From Chthoniobacteraceae bacterium (GTDB taxonomy: Bacteria > Verrucomicrobiota > Verrucomicrobiia > Chthoniobacterales > Chthoniobacteraceae), in contig JBEBGD010000003.1 of the NCBI GenBank assembly GCA_040081625.1, positions 1 through 64,000 on the forward strand: a stretch of DNA of 64,000 nucleotides, given 5' to 3'. A program made the position numbers and the translations under genes. This document shows, piece after piece, positions 31,152 to 43,283 of the stretch (its first letter is position 1; each line of letters starts with the position of its first letter). The notes under the pieces were generated by a model. The model saw nothing but the letters and a program-made list of their open reading frames with translations. It made no database searches and was not told the origin of the DNA.

Positions 31152-33329
31152 CTACCCCGGCAGCGGATACCGTCGCGTGAGCGCGAGCACTTCCTCGCGG
31201 ATATTCGTCAGCTCGGCGGGCTGCTCGCGGGCTTCGAGCGCGCGGTGCATCAGGTCGGCGATCTGGAACATCTCCTCCTCCTTCATCCCGCGCGTGGTCA
31301 CCGCCGGCGTGCCGACACGGATGCCGCCGCCGAGCGTGATCTTCTCGGTGTCGAAGGGGATGCTGTTCTTGTTCACCGTGATGCCGGCGTGGTCGAGCAC
31401 CTCGCACGCGAGCTTGCCGTTCAGCCCGCGCGGGCGCAGGTCGATCATCATGAGGTGATTGTCCGTCCCGCCGCTCACGAGCCGGTAGCCCTTGTGCGCG
31501 AGCGCGCCGGCGAGCGCCTTGGCGTTGCTCACGATCTGCGCGGCGTATTCCTTGAAGCTCGGCTGCAGCGCCTCGTGGAAGCACACGGCTTTCGCGGCGA
31601 TCACGTGCTCGAGCGGGCCGCCCTGGATGCCGGGGAAGACCTGCGAGTCGATCGCCTTCGCATACTTCTCCTTGCAGATGATGATGCCCGCGCGCGGGCC
31701 ACGCAGGCTCTTGTGCGTCGTCGTCGTGGTGAAGTCGGCGATCGCGCACGGGTTCGGGTGCTGCCCGCCCGCGACGAGCCCGGCGATGTGCGCCATGTCC
31801 ACGAAAAGATACGCGCCCACGCTGTCGGCGATCGCACGCATCCGGTCGAAGTCGATGATCCGCGGATAGGCGCTCGCGCCGGCGGTGATCATCTTCGGCT
31901 TGGTCTCGAGCGCGAGTTTCGCGAGTGCGTCGTAGTCGATCCGCTCGTCGGCCTGACTCACGCCGTAGTGGACGACTTCGTAGAAACGCCCGCTGAAGTT
32001 CGCCTTGTGCCCGTGCGTGAGATGGCCGCCGTGGCTGAGGTCCATCGTGAGGATGCGGTCGCCGACTTGCAGCACGGAGAAATAGACGGCGGCATTCGCC
32101 TGCGAGCCGGAATGCGGCTGCACGTTTGCGTGTTCGGCGCCGGGGAAGAGCTGCTTCACGCGATCGATCGCAAGCTGCTCGACCACGTCCACGTTTTCGC
32201 ACCCGCCATACCAGCGCCGGCCGGGATAGCCTTCGGCGTATTTGTTCGTGAGGCAGGAGCCCTGCGCTTCCATCACCGCGCGGCTCACGAAGTTCTCGCT
32301 CGCGATCAGCTCGATGTTCTCGAACTGCCGCTTCTTCTCCGCCTCGATCGCCGCAAACACCGCCGGGTCCGCCTCCGCGAGCGACGCGCGCGGACTCGAT
32401 CCGCACGTGAGCTTGCCCACGCGCCGCTCGTGCCGTCCGCCTTCAAACTGCGCCGCCACGAACGCTTCGACCAGCTTCGGCGCGTCGGCCGCGGTCACGT
32501 TGCGCGCGCCGAAGCAGAGCACGTTCGAGTTGTTGTGCTGCCGCGTCACGGTCGCGTCGGCGGGGTTGCTCACCAGCGCCGCGCGGATCTGCGGATGCCG
32601 GTTCGCCATGATGCTCATGCCGACTCCGCTCGAGCACATGAGCACGCCGAAGTCCGCGCGCCCCGCGATCACCTCCTGGCACACGGCCTCCGCGTAATCA
32701 TTATAGTCCACCGAGTCCTTCGTGTTCGTGCCGAGATCGACGACCACGTCGCCGCGGCCAGTGAGGAAGGCATTCACCATCGCCTTCAAGTCGAGCGCGG
32801 CATGGTCGGCGCCGAGCGCGATGCGCATCGGGCGGGTGGAAGTCGGGGCGGGTGTGTCGGTGGATGTGGTCATGGATTGCTGGTCGATGAAGTTGAGAAT
32901 ATTTGGCATCGCCGCGCGCAGCGCGTCGCGGCACTCGATGTAAGCGCCGATGCCCATGCCGATCGGGTCCGGCACGTCCGGCGAGCCGCCGCGGTCCGGC
33001 ATGAAATCGCCCATCAGCCACAGCTTGCCTTCCGCCTCGGGGAAAAAGAGCCGGATCGTTTCGTAGTGCCCGCGCGTCATCGCGAAGATGTGCGTGGCCC
33101 ACGCGACCGCGTCCTCATCGAGCTGCGCGCTGATGATGTCCGAGATGTCGAAGCCGAGCGCCCTGCACGCCTCGATGCCCGGCTCGCTCGGCCCCTGGCC
33201 TTCTCCCGCGCTCACGCCCGCCGACGCGACCTCGAAGTCCCCGCGCCCCTCCACCAGCTCACGAAAAAGCCCCTCAGCCATCGGGCTGCGGCAGATGTTT
33301 CCAGTGCAGACAAAGAGGACGTGTTTCAA
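31152..33329 (-). CDS. glyA: Triple fusion: LMW protein phosphatase + ribose-5-phosphate isomerase B + serine hydroxymethyltransferase
   Basis: One frame containing [19 protein letters not shown], then ALGADHA/MCSSGVG/HNNSNVL/FEGGRH, then [28 protein letters not shown] start 33329. Confidence 0.92.
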   Translation of the reverse strand: MKHVLFVCTGNICRSPMAEGLFRELVEGRGDFEVASAGVSAGEGQGPSEPGIEACRALGFDISDIISAQLDEDAVAWATHIFAMTRGHYETIRLFFPEAEGKLWLMGDFMPDRGGSPDVPDPIGMGIGAYIECRDALRAAMPNILNFIDQQSMTTSTDTPAPTSTRPMRIALGADHAALDLKAMVNAFLTGRGDVVVDLGTNTKDSVDYNDYAEAVCQEVIAGRADFGVLMCSSGVGMSIMANRHPQIRAALVSNPADATVTRQHNNSNVLCFGARNVTAADAPKLVEAFVAAQFEGGRHERRVGKLTCGSSPRASLAEADPAVFAAIEAEKKRQFENIELIASENFVSRAVMEAQGSCLTNKYAEGYPGRRWYGGCENVDVVEQLAIDRVKQLFPGAEHANVQPHSGSQANAAVYFSVLQVGDRILTMDLSHGGHLTHGHKANFSGRFYEVVHYGVSQADERIDYDALAKLALETKPKMITAGASAYPRIIDFDRMRAIADSVGAYLFVDMAHIAGLVAGGQHPNPCAIADFTTTTTHKSLRGPRAGIIICKEKYAKAIDSQVFPGIQGGPLEHVIAAKAVCFHEALQPSFKEYAAQIVSNAKALAGALAHKGYRLVSGGTDNHLMMIDLRPRGLNGKLACEVLDHAGITVNKNSIPFDTEKITLGGGIRVGTPAVTTRGMKEEEMFQIADLMHRALEAREQPAELTNIREEVLALTRRYPLPG

Positions 33330-33337
33330 GGGCGCGG

Positions 33338-33365
33338 ACAGTAGAGCCGGCGACGTGCAAGTCAA
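33338..33365 (-). promoter_or_regulatory. Putative sigma70 promoter of the phosphatase-rpiB-glyA fusion
   Basis: Minus strand TTGACT-N16-TACTGT, 8 nt before TTG 33329. Confidence 0.55.
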
Positions 33366-33459
33366 TGTAGCCGCGGAGTTCCGCGACGAGTGGCTACAAT
33401 TTTCATTTCCCGCCGCGCGAATGCGGCTACACCACTCGTTCCAAATGAACCCACGCACG

Positions 33460-34569
33460 ATGAAAGGCGTCGGCGTCGTTCCCGGGAAACGGGAACTGCG
33501 CATGATCGACCACCCAGAACCCGCGATCACCGCGGCCAACGAGTTGAAGATTCGCACGATCGAGGTCGGCATCTGCGGCACGGATCGGGAAATCTGCACC
33601 TTCGCCTACGGACGTCCGCCGGGGGACAGCGAATATCTTTTGCTCGGCCACGAGTGCCTCGGCGAAGTCGTCGAGATCGGCGAGGGCGTGACCGGGTTCA
33701 AGCCGGGCGATCTCGTGGTGCCGAGCGTGCGCCGGCCTTGCGGCGATCCGGACTGCGCGCCGTGTCGCGAGGGGCGGCAGGATTTTTGTTTCACGTGGCA
33801 GTTCACCGAGCGCGGGATCAATCAGCGCCACGGCTACATGACGGAGGTGTTCGTCGAGGAGGATCGGTATCTCACGCCCGTGCCGACTGAACTGCGCGAC
33901 GTGGCGGTGATGGCCGAGCCGCTGACGATCGCCGAGAAGGGACTCGCGCAAATCTGGCAGGTGCAGAAGCGGCTGCCGGGTTGGGAAAATGACGGCGGCA
34001 AGGGCCGCGGCTTTGGGCGAAACGCCGTGGTGCTCGGCGCGGGGCCGATCGGCCTGCTCGGCGCGATGAAGCTGCTGATCGAGGGCTTCCGCGTATTCAT
34101 CTACTCGCGCTCGAAGGCGCCGAATTTCAAGGCGGACATCGCCGCGCAGATCGGCGCGGAATACGTCTCGTCGCTGGAAGTGTCCGCCGAAGAACTCGCG
34201 AAGAAGGCCGGCAACATCGATCTCGTGTATGAGGCGGTCGGCGAAGGCAACGTCACCTTCGAGGTCATGCGCGAACTCGGTATCAACGGCGTCTTCATCA
34301 TGACGGGCATCCCGGCCGAGAAGCCGCAGATCCCGATCTTCGCCGACACGATCATGCGGAACATCACGCTCAAGAATCACGCGATCATCGGCACGGTGAA
34401 CGCGAGCCCGCAGGCGTTTGCCGATGCGATCGAGGATCTCGGCGAGTTCAAGCGGCGCTGGCCGGCGGCGGTTGCTGCGTTGATCACCGGTCGTTTCGGC
34501 ATCGACGCGCATCGCGAGCTGTTGATCGGGAAGGCGGCGGGGATCAAGAACGTGATTCAGTTCGCGTAG
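33460..34569 (+). CDS. Zinc-dependent MDR-family glucose 1-dehydrogenase-like protein
   Basis: [17 protein letters not shown]...C..C.......C structural Zn site, ERGI...HG and GAGPIG; alternative ATG at 33445. Confidence 0.85.
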   Translation: MKGVGVVPGKRELRMIDHPEPAITAANELKIRTIEVGICGTDREICTFAYGRPPGDSEYLLLGHECLGEVVEIGEGVTGFKPGDLVVPSVRRPCGDPDCAPCREGRQDFCFTWQFTERGINQRHGYMTEVFVEEDRYLTPVPTELRDVAVMAEPLTIAEKGLAQIWQVQKRLPGWENDGGKGRGFGRNAVVLGAGPIGLLGAMKLLIEGFRVFIYSRSKAPNFKADIAAQIGAEYVSSLEVSAEELAKKAGNIDLVYEAVGEGNVTFEVMRELGINGVFIMTGIPAEKPQIPIFADTIMRNITLKNHAIIGTVNASPQAFADAIEDLGEFKRRWPAAVAALITGRFGIDAHRELLIGKAAGIKNVIQFA

Positions 34570-34574
34570 GGCAT

Positions 34575-34665
34575 CCTCTCCTTCTGCTTCTGCTTCTGCT
34601 TCTTCATCTGCTTCCCTTCGATTCGAGCTACGATAGAAGGAGATGAAGATGAAGAAGCAGACAAA
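34575..34665. repeat. REP-like imperfect palindrome built from TGCTTC/ATCTTC hexamers
   Basis: 34595-34609 is the exact reverse complement of 34647-34661; both arms also match 8737-8769. Confidence 0.75.
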
Positions 34666-34669
34666 TACC

Positions 34670-35302
34670 ATGAATCCTTGGATCGACGTCTCAGTCCCCA
34701 TTCACAGCGGCATGCACCATTGGCCCGGCGATCCGCCGACCTTTGCGACCATGCACGCCGGCACCGCCAAGGGTGACGTGTGCAATGTCTCCGCGCTCTA
34801 CATGAGTTCGCACATGGGCACGCACATGGACGCACCGTTTCACTTTCTCCCCGGCACGAAGACCATGGACGACCTGCCGTTCGACGCGGTGATCGGCCCG
34901 GCGCGGCTCGTGGAGATCAAGGACAAGACCGCGATCAAGCCGGCGGAACTCAAGAAGCTCAAGCCGCGCAAAGGCGAGCGGCTGCTTTTCAAGACGCCCA
35001 ACTCGGCGCGGAGCTGGAAGAAGCCGGAGTTCGACAAGGACTTCGTTTATATCGCGAAGGAGGGCGCGAAGTATCTCGTCGATTGCGGCGTTCAGACCGT
35101 GGGCGTCGATTACCTGAGCGTCGGCGGATTTTACAATGACGGCATCCCGACGCACCACGTCCTGCTCGGTGCGGAAGTGTGGATCATCGAGGGGCTGAAC
35201 TTCGCCGGCGTGAAGCCCGGCGACTACGACCTGATCTGCCTGCCGATCAAGTATCGCGGCGGCGACGGCGCACCGGCGCGCTGCCTGATCCGGGCGATGT
35301 AG
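34670..35302 (+). CDS. Cyclase family (kynurenine formamidase-like) metal-dependent hydrolase
   Basis: HMGTHMDAPFHF, VGVDYLS, IIEGL and LPIK...GDGAPAR. Confidence 0.9.
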   Translation: MNPWIDVSVPIHSGMHHWPGDPPTFATMHAGTAKGDVCNVSALYMSSHMGTHMDAPFHFLPGTKTMDDLPFDAVIGPARLVEIKDKTAIKPAELKKLKPRKGERLLFKTPNSARSWKKPEFDKDFVYIAKEGAKYLVDCGVQTVGVDYLSVGGFYNDGIPTHHVLLGAEVWIIEGLNFAGVKPGDYDLICLPIKYRGGDGAPARCLIRAM

Positions 35303-35303
35303 C

Positions 35304-35322
35304 CGCGTCGCTCTGCGACGCG
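35304..35322. terminator. Short hairpin between convergent cyclase and icd genes
   Basis: CGCGTCGC-TCT-GCGACGCG 8-bp stem with no U tract. Confidence 0.35.
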
Positions 35323-35331
35323 CACTACACG

Positions 35332-37557
<2,226 letters not shown>

Positions 37558-37676
37558 TCAGCGCCAGCTCACGATGTCGTCCGAGTCCTCTGCGCCGCGG
37601 TGCGCAAATGGAGTGTCGGGAGTCTCTGCGCGTGCCTTGCTTTCCGGCGCGTGCTCCCTAGCTTGCGCGACTTTTC

Positions 37677-39740
37677 ATGTCCCAAGAGCAAGCCATCGAC
37701 GCCGCGCGCACCCGCATCCAGAGGCTGGTCGAGGAGATCGCGGCGCTTTCCAAGCGCGATCTGCCGACCGAGCAGTTCCTGCCCGAGTTCATCGCGCGCG
37801 TGGTGAAGGCGACCGATGCGCGTGGCGGCGCGGTGTGGCTGGTCGGGCAGCGGGATGCGGAGGGGCAGGCGGAGTTTCAGCTCGCGGCGCAGATCGAGTT
37901 CGAGTCGTGCGGCTTTCAAAGCGACGAGGTGCAGCGTGCGCTGATCCTGCGCGCGCTCGGCGAGTGCGTGAGCCAGAAAAAGCCCGTGGCCATGCAGCCG
38001 GCGCCGCAGCAGTCGGAGGCCGGTTCGCTCGAGGCGCAGCTCGCGCAGCTCCGCGGGGAGGCGCAGCCGCAGGGGCCGCAGAACAAGACGCCGTTTCCCT
38101 TTCTCTACGTGCCGCTGCCGCTCAAGGAGCAGGTGCTCGGCGTCGTGCAGGTGTGGCTCCAGCCTTACGTCACGGCGGAGAATTACCGCGAGTTCGCGAC
38201 GTTCCTCGGGCAGCTCGCGGGCTACGTCGAGCAGCACTTCCAGTCGCGCCGGCTCGGCACGCTCGTGCTCGAGACGCAGCGGCTCCAGCATTTGCTCAAA
38301 TACACGAGCGATCTCGCCGGCTCGCTCGATCCGACCGAGGTCGCGCGGCTCGCGGCGAATTACGGGCGCGATCTCATCGGCTGTGAGCGCTGTTCGGTGC
38401 TGTGGCTCGATGGGCAGCAGTGGCGCGTGCATTCGATCTCGGGGCAGGAGGTCGTCGAGAAAAAGAGCACGATGGTGAAGGCGCTCGCGGCGTTCGTCGG
38501 CGCGCACGTGAAGCCGGAGGTCGTGACGCTTTCCAAGAAGGAGCTGCTCGCCGCGCACGCGAGCGACGGTGCCGAGGGCGCGGAGCCGACGCCGTCGCGC
38601 AGCGGCACGGATGTGATCGACCTCGCCTACTTCGATGTTTCGCACGTCTCGAGCGCCGCGATCGCGCCGCTGCTCGATGATGACAAGCAGATCTTCGGCG
38701 CGTATTTCGCCGAGAGCACGACGGAGGGATTTTTCGACTCGCCGGAGGGGGCGAAGGAGTTGCCGCTCGCGCGCCGCGTGACGGACTGGCTGGCGACGCA
38801 CACCGGCAAGCAGCTCCGCGCGGCGCAGGACTATCACTCGCTGCCGTTTCTCTTTGCGACGAAGCGGCTGCGCGCGACGCGGCTGGCCTTTGCCGCGAAC
38901 AAGCGCCGCCGCTCGATGATGCGGCTGGCGATGTGGGGCATCCCGCTGCTGCTCGTGCTCATCTATCCGAAGCAGGATGTGGTCGAGGGTAATTGTGTGC
39001 TCATGCCCGAGCACCACAATGCGATCGTGACCGAGGTGCCCGGGCGCGTGGACAAGGTGCTCGTGCAGGAAGGTTCGCAGTTGAAGGCCGGCGATGCGGT
39101 CGTCGTGCTCGACACGCGCCGGTTCGAGACGGAGCTCGATGGCGTTCGCAAGGATATCGCGCGGCTCGAGGCCGAGGCGGAGCGCTACCGCGGCGCGGGC
39201 GATGAGGCGGGCGCGCAGGTCGCCAGCTTGCAGGCCGCATCTTCCCGCGAGAATGCGAAGCGTCTCGAGTCCGACATCGCCGCCGGCACGCTGCGCAGCC
39301 CGATCACGGGCGTGATCCTGACCAAGGATATCGAGAAGCGTGCGGGTGAATTCATCCAGATCGGCACGGTGCTCGCCGAGGTGGCTGCGCTCAATGGGTG
39401 GGAGATGAAGATGGACGTGGACCAGCGCAACATCGGCAAGGTCGAGGGGCGGCTTGATCGCGGGCCGGTGACGATGAGCTACATCCTTTACAGCCAGACG
39501 GCGCACACGCTGACCGCGACGCTGAGCAGTTCGCGTCAGATCAGCGCCGCGGCGGAGGCGCGCGAAGCGGAGCACGTTTTTGTCGTCACGATCGACGACG
39601 TGATCATCCCGAAGGAAATCGAAAGCTCGATGCGACCCGGGTTGACCGGCCGGGCGAAGATCGACCTCGGCCGCAAGCCGCTCGGCTGGCTGTGGCTGAC
39701 GCGGATTTGGTCGTGGCTGGAGATGCGGCTGATCGGCTGA
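37677..39740 (+). CDS. GAF-like domains + TM + HlyD/RND-type membrane fusion (periplasmic adaptor) protein
   Basis: Two GAF-like segments (LYVPLPLKEQVLGVVQV; GCERCSV), TM at LAMWGIPLLLVLI, lipoyl halves VPGRVDKVLVQEG/LRSPITGVI, coiled coil, and MRPGLTGRAKI. Confidence 0.85.
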   Translation: MSQEQAIDAARTRIQRLVEEIAALSKRDLPTEQFLPEFIARVVKATDARGGAVWLVGQRDAEGQAEFQLAAQIEFESCGFQSDEVQRALILRALGECVSQKKPVAMQPAPQQSEAGSLEAQLAQLRGEAQPQGPQNKTPFPFLYVPLPLKEQVLGVVQVWLQPYVTAENYREFATFLGQLAGYVEQHFQSRRLGTLVLETQRLQHLLKYTSDLAGSLDPTEVARLAANYGRDLIGCERCSVLWLDGQQWRVHSISGQEVVEKKSTMVKALAAFVGAHVKPEVVTLSKKELLAAHASDGAEGAEPTPSRSGTDVIDLAYFDVSHVSSAAIAPLLDDDKQIFGAYFAESTTEGFFDSPEGAKELPLARRVTDWLATHTGKQLRAAQDYHSLPFLFATKRLRATRLAFAANKRRRSMMRLAMWGIPLLLVLIYPKQDVVEGNCVLMPEHHNAIVTEVPGRVDKVLVQEGSQLKAGDAVVVLDTRRFETELDGVRKDIARLEAEAERYRGAGDEAGAQVASLQAASSRENAKRLESDIAAGTLRSPITGVILTKDIEKRAGEFIQIGTVLAEVAALNGWEMKMDVDQRNIGKVEGRLDRGPVTMSYILYSQTAHTLTATLSSSRQISAAAEAREAEHVFVVTIDDVIIPKEIESSMRPGLTGRAKIDLGRKPLGWLWLTRIWSWLEMRLIG

Positions 39741-39743
39741 ACG

Positions 39744-41384
39744 TCAGCGGGCGTCGGGCGGGTAGGGGCGCGGTGCCTTGTCGAGGTCCGGATTGAAAGC
39801 CCACGCGCGCCGGGAGGCGAAGTAGGTGGTGACTTTCCGGTTTTCCTCCGGGCCCATGTCGCGCGCCCAGACGATGTCCCCGGCGTCGATGTCCGCGCCA
39901 TTATAGACCCATTCGCGGTTGAGGTTGTGCGTGCGTTCGTAGTCCACGAAGACGACGTGCTTGTTTCCGTCGCTCGCGAGTTGTCCGGCGATCGCGCGGC
40001 GGTGGAATCCCCAATGGTCGCCGCGCTGGTTCTTGCTTTGCCTGATGTAGAACCCCGCGAAGGACATGAAGAGCAACCAGGAGGCGACGAGCCCCACCGC
40101 GCAAGCGCCCGCGGGTCGCTGCCCGATCTGCCAGCGGCTCATGGCCTGCATCGATGCGGCGAGGAGGACGAAGGAGAGCGGGAGCACTGGCGCGGCGTAG
40201 TGCTCGAAGACGTAGGTGGACATCGACATCGCCGCGGCGCAGCCCACGCAGACGAAGATGGCGGCGCGCATCCACCAATCGCGCAGCAGCAGCGGCAGGG
40301 GCAGGAAGAGGAGAAGGACGAGCCAGTTCCAGCTCATGACGCGGAAGCCGGCCAACTTTTGCCATGAGATCCGAATGAAGCCCGGCAACGAGCGCTGCCA
40401 CTCCGCGTATTGGCGCGAGTGCTGGTAGAAGTCGTGCATCTGCCAGTGCCTCACCTCGGGGATGGGCGGAATTTTTTCCCACAGGAAAAGCGGGGCCGAA
40501 TCGTAGGCGCGCTCGTAGATCAGGTAGGGGAGCGTCGTGGCGGAGCCGGTGAGGGTGCGATTGTAGTGGAGCAGGAATGCGCAGCTCAGCGCCAGCACGA
40601 GCAGGAGCGGTGGCAGCACGCGGACGAGGCGGTGAAGGCGGCCGGAGCGCAGGAGCTGGACGCCGAGGATGGACATCACGAGCAGGCACATGACGAAGCC
40701 CTCGAAAGGCCGGCTGATGGTCAGCAGGCCCATCCCGAGGCCCATCGCGGCACCGATGGTGCCGAAATTCCTCGGCGCGCTGTCGTCTGCGGCGACGCGG
40801 CGCCAGCCACTGAGCACGAGCGCGCCGGCGCCGAGCGCGATGCTCCCGCCCCAGAACGACCAGTTCCAGAGCAGCAGCAGCGGGTTGAGCGTGGTGAGGA
40901 TGGCGGCGACGACCGCCCAGCGCCGTGGCAGCCAGGCGAAGAACATCCACAGGAGCGCCGCGACGCTGAGCGCGGTGGAGATCCACACGCCATAGATCGG
41001 ACTGCCCAGCCACATGCCCGCGGCCAGCACGAGCGCCTGCGCCGGGGGAAATTTCGCCGCGTAGATCGGCGAGGAGATGACGTGGAAAGTCTCGAAGTGC
41101 TGCCAGAGCGGGTGCGGCTCGTTTTTCAACCGGCCATGAAGAAACGTCTCCGCCTGCATGAGGTAGGCGAACTCATCGTGAACGCGCGGCGCGGGCGACT
41201 CGAGCACCGTGCTCGCCAGCACGCTGATCGCGAACGAGAGCACTGCGAACCCACCGAGGCACGCCCACGGCCGCTCGCCGAGCCGGTCGAGGATCCTCAC
41301 GATCCATTCGCCGCGCCGCGCCACGCTGCGGGGCAGGACGAGCCCGACCACGAAGAGCAGGATGGCAACCGCAGTGAATTTCAT
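39744..41384 (-). CDS. Multi-pass membrane protein, GT-C-fold (ArnT/PMT-like) glycosyltransferase candidate
   Basis: PRVHDEFAY acidic motif in the first external loop, about 11-12 TM helices, SRPFEG, and a soluble C-terminal WVYNGADID...VWARD domain. Confidence 0.7.
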   Translation of the reverse strand: MKFTAVAILLFVVGLVLPRSVARRGEWIVRILDRLGERPWACLGGFAVLSFAISVLASTVLESPAPRVHDEFAYLMQAETFLHGRLKNEPHPLWQHFETFHVISSPIYAAKFPPAQALVLAAGMWLGSPIYGVWISTALSVAALLWMFFAWLPRRWAVVAAILTTLNPLLLLWNWSFWGGSIALGAGALVLSGWRRVAADDSAPRNFGTIGAAMGLGMGLLTISRPFEGFVMCLLVMSILGVQLLRSGRLHRLVRVLPPLLLVLALSCAFLLHYNRTLTGSATTLPYLIYERAYDSAPLFLWEKIPPIPEVRHWQMHDFYQHSRQYAEWQRSLPGFIRISWQKLAGFRVMSWNWLVLLLFLPLPLLLRDWWMRAAIFVCVGCAAAMSMSTYVFEHYAAPVLPLSFVLLAASMQAMSRWQIGQRPAGACAVGLVASWLLFMSFAGFYIRQSKNQRGDHWGFHRRAIAGQLASDGNKHVVFVDYERTHNLNREWVYNGADIDAGDIVWARDMGPEENRKVTTYFASRRAWAFNPDLDKAPRPYPPDAR

Positions 41385-41474
41385 TCGGCGCAGGATGTGT
41401 TTCCGGTGCGGGGGTGGCGCAACCAAAATGTGCGAGTGGGCGCCGGAGCGCGGATGCGGTAGTGAAGGAGGCGC

Positions 41475-42209
41475 ATGACTCCGTTTCAGTTCGCCGCGCT
41501 CGTTTTCATCGCCGGATTGCCGGCGCTCGTGTGGTGGTGGGACCGCCACCCGCACCGGCCGGCAGTCGCGCGCCTCGCCGAGCGCGGGCTCGCGGTCGCG
41601 CTATTGCTCGCCTATGCGGGCGATCTCGCGGCGAAGTGGCACGACGGGAAATTCACGCCTGAGTTCGCGCTGCCGATGCAGCTCTGCGACTGGGCGCTCC
41701 TTGCGATCGTGCCGGCGTTGTGGTGGCGGTGGCGGGCTGGTTTCGACGTGGCGTATTTCTGGGGCCTCGCCGCGACGCTGCAGGCGGTCTTCACGCCGGC
41801 CATCGCCGCGGACCTGCACTGGTTGCGGCAGTCCGGCTTTTTCTTCATGCACGCCGGGATCGTCGCGGGTGTGCTGCACTTGACCGTCACCGCGCGTTTT
41901 CGCCCGCGCTGGCCGCGCTCGATCGTGCGCGTGGTGGTCGCGTCGGAGGCGTATCTCGCCTGCGCGCTCACGGCGAATGCGCTGACCGGCGGGAACTACG
42001 GCTTCCTCAGCCACAAGCCCGCGACGCGCTCGATGCTCGACCTCTTCTCCGACACGCCGTGGCTCTACGTCGTGCAGCTCAACGTCGTCGCGTTCGGCTT
42101 TTTCGCCGCGCTCTACGCGCCGTGGTGGATCACGGATGCAGCCGCTGCCACTCGAGCGCGGGCCGATCGACGCGGAACTGAACGATCCGCTGGTGATCGA
42201 CCTCGGTGA
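41475..42209 (+). CDS. YwaF/TMEM164-like integral membrane protein
   Basis: LPMQLCD, YFWG...T.QA..TP, FF.H and NYGFL..KP motifs. Confidence 0.8.
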   Translation: MTPFQFAALVFIAGLPALVWWWDRHPHRPAVARLAERGLAVALLLAYAGDLAAKWHDGKFTPEFALPMQLCDWALLAIVPALWWRWRAGFDVAYFWGLAATLQAVFTPAIAADLHWLRQSGFFFMHAGIVAGVLHLTVTARFRPRWPRSIVRVVVASEAYLACALTANALTGGNYGFLSHKPATRSMLDLFSDTPWLYVVQLNVVAFGFFAALYAPWWITDAAAATRARADRRGTERSAGDRPR

Positions 42210-43023
42210 CGTAGGCCGTGCGCCCGTCCGGGCCGCCGAAGCAGATGTTCGAGGGCTTAAGCCCGAGCACGTCGATCTCGCGCAGGATGTCGCCGGCAGG
42301 TGAGAGCTTCACGACGGTGCCCCTGGAGTGGCGCGTGACGTAAAGATTGCCGTCGATGTCGCAGCGCATCCCATCGAAGCCGAAGTCGTCGAACTGCTTC
42401 ACGAGCTTGCGGGGGCCGAGGGTGCGGTCGGGCTGGATCGGGAAGGCCCACACGCCGCGCTGCTCGCTTTCGTTGACGTAGAGCGTCTTGCCGTCCGGGC
42501 TCACGTCGATGCCGTTGGTCGTGCCGAGTCCGCTCGCGAGCAGGTGCGTGGTGCCGTCGCGATCGATGCGCCAGAGCTGGCCGGTCTTCGCTTTCCAATC
42601 CGGATCGCTCGCGTAGAGCGTGCCGTCGGCTGCGATGGCGAGATCGTTTGGCTGACTCATCTTCGGTTCGTGCGCGAAGACGCTCACGGCTCGTGTCTTC
42701 ATGTCGATGCGCAGCACGTTGTGGCCGGTGTAGTCGGCGACGAACATCGTGCCGTCGCGCCCGAAGCGAATGCCGTTGCCCGTGCTGCCCGCGGGAAGCG
42801 TCACGAACAGCTCGGCTTTGCCGTCCGGCGTGACTTTCCCGATCGTGTGCTGCTGCGCGAAGTTGACGGCGTAGATATTTCCCGCCGCGTCGCACGCCGG
42901 CCCCTCGATGCCCGGCGTGAAGGCACCCGCTGTGGTGAGCGGCGTCGCGACGAAGAGCTTTTCTTCGGCGGCACTGGCGATGGAGAGCGCGGCGATCGGG
43001 AGGATGAGAAGGTGGAAGTGCAT
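42130..43023 (-). CDS. Exported SMP-30/gluconolactonase family beta-propeller
   Basis: IEGPA, PNDL, TNGI.VSPDG and FDGM.CD.DGNLY; signal peptide. Confidence 0.9.
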   Translation of the reverse strand: MHFHLLILPIAALSIASAAEEKLFVATPLTTAGAFTPGIEGPACDAAGNIYAVNFAQQHTIGKVTPDGKAELFVTLPAGSTGNGIRFGRDGTMFVADYTGHNVLRIDMKTRAVSVFAHEPKMSQPNDLAIAADGTLYASDPDWKAKTGQLWRIDRDGTTHLLASGLGTTNGIDVSPDGKTLYVNESEQRGVWAFPIQPDRTLGPRKLVKQFDDFGFDGMRCDIDGNLYVTRHSRGTVVKLSPAGDILREIDVLGLKPSNICFGGPDGRTAYVTEVDHQRIVQFRVDRPALEWQRLHP

Positions 43024-43196
43024 GGTGGGTGGAAGGCTCTATCCGGCAACGCGCGGAGATGCTGGTAAATAATCGCCCGGACTGTTGTGAATCGCGCAAC
43101 TTCTCAGCCCGGATGCGCTCGTGCGCCGGGCCTCGCAAAAAAAGTTTCAGTGGAGATTGAACGGAAACACAGAGGGCGCAAAAAAAAGCTTCCATC

Positions 43197-43214
43197 CCGG
43201 CAGGCTGGCTGCTA
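43197..43214 (+). promoter_or_regulatory. Possible sigma54 promoter
   Basis: CCGGCAGGCTGGCTGCTA has GG-N10-GC spacing, about 70 nt upstream of the outer-membrane gene and downstream of A tracts. Confidence 0.35.
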
Positions 43215-43283
43215 AACGCGCCGATGCCGAATTCCGGCACCAACCAAAGCAGTCCAAAAAACCAACCAAAGAAAGAACCACCA

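Noticed and set aside
34643..34669. Upstream ATGs (MKMKKQTNT) for the cyclase gene
   Set aside because: They lie inside the right arm of the palindromic repeat; the family-like sequence begins at ATG 34670.
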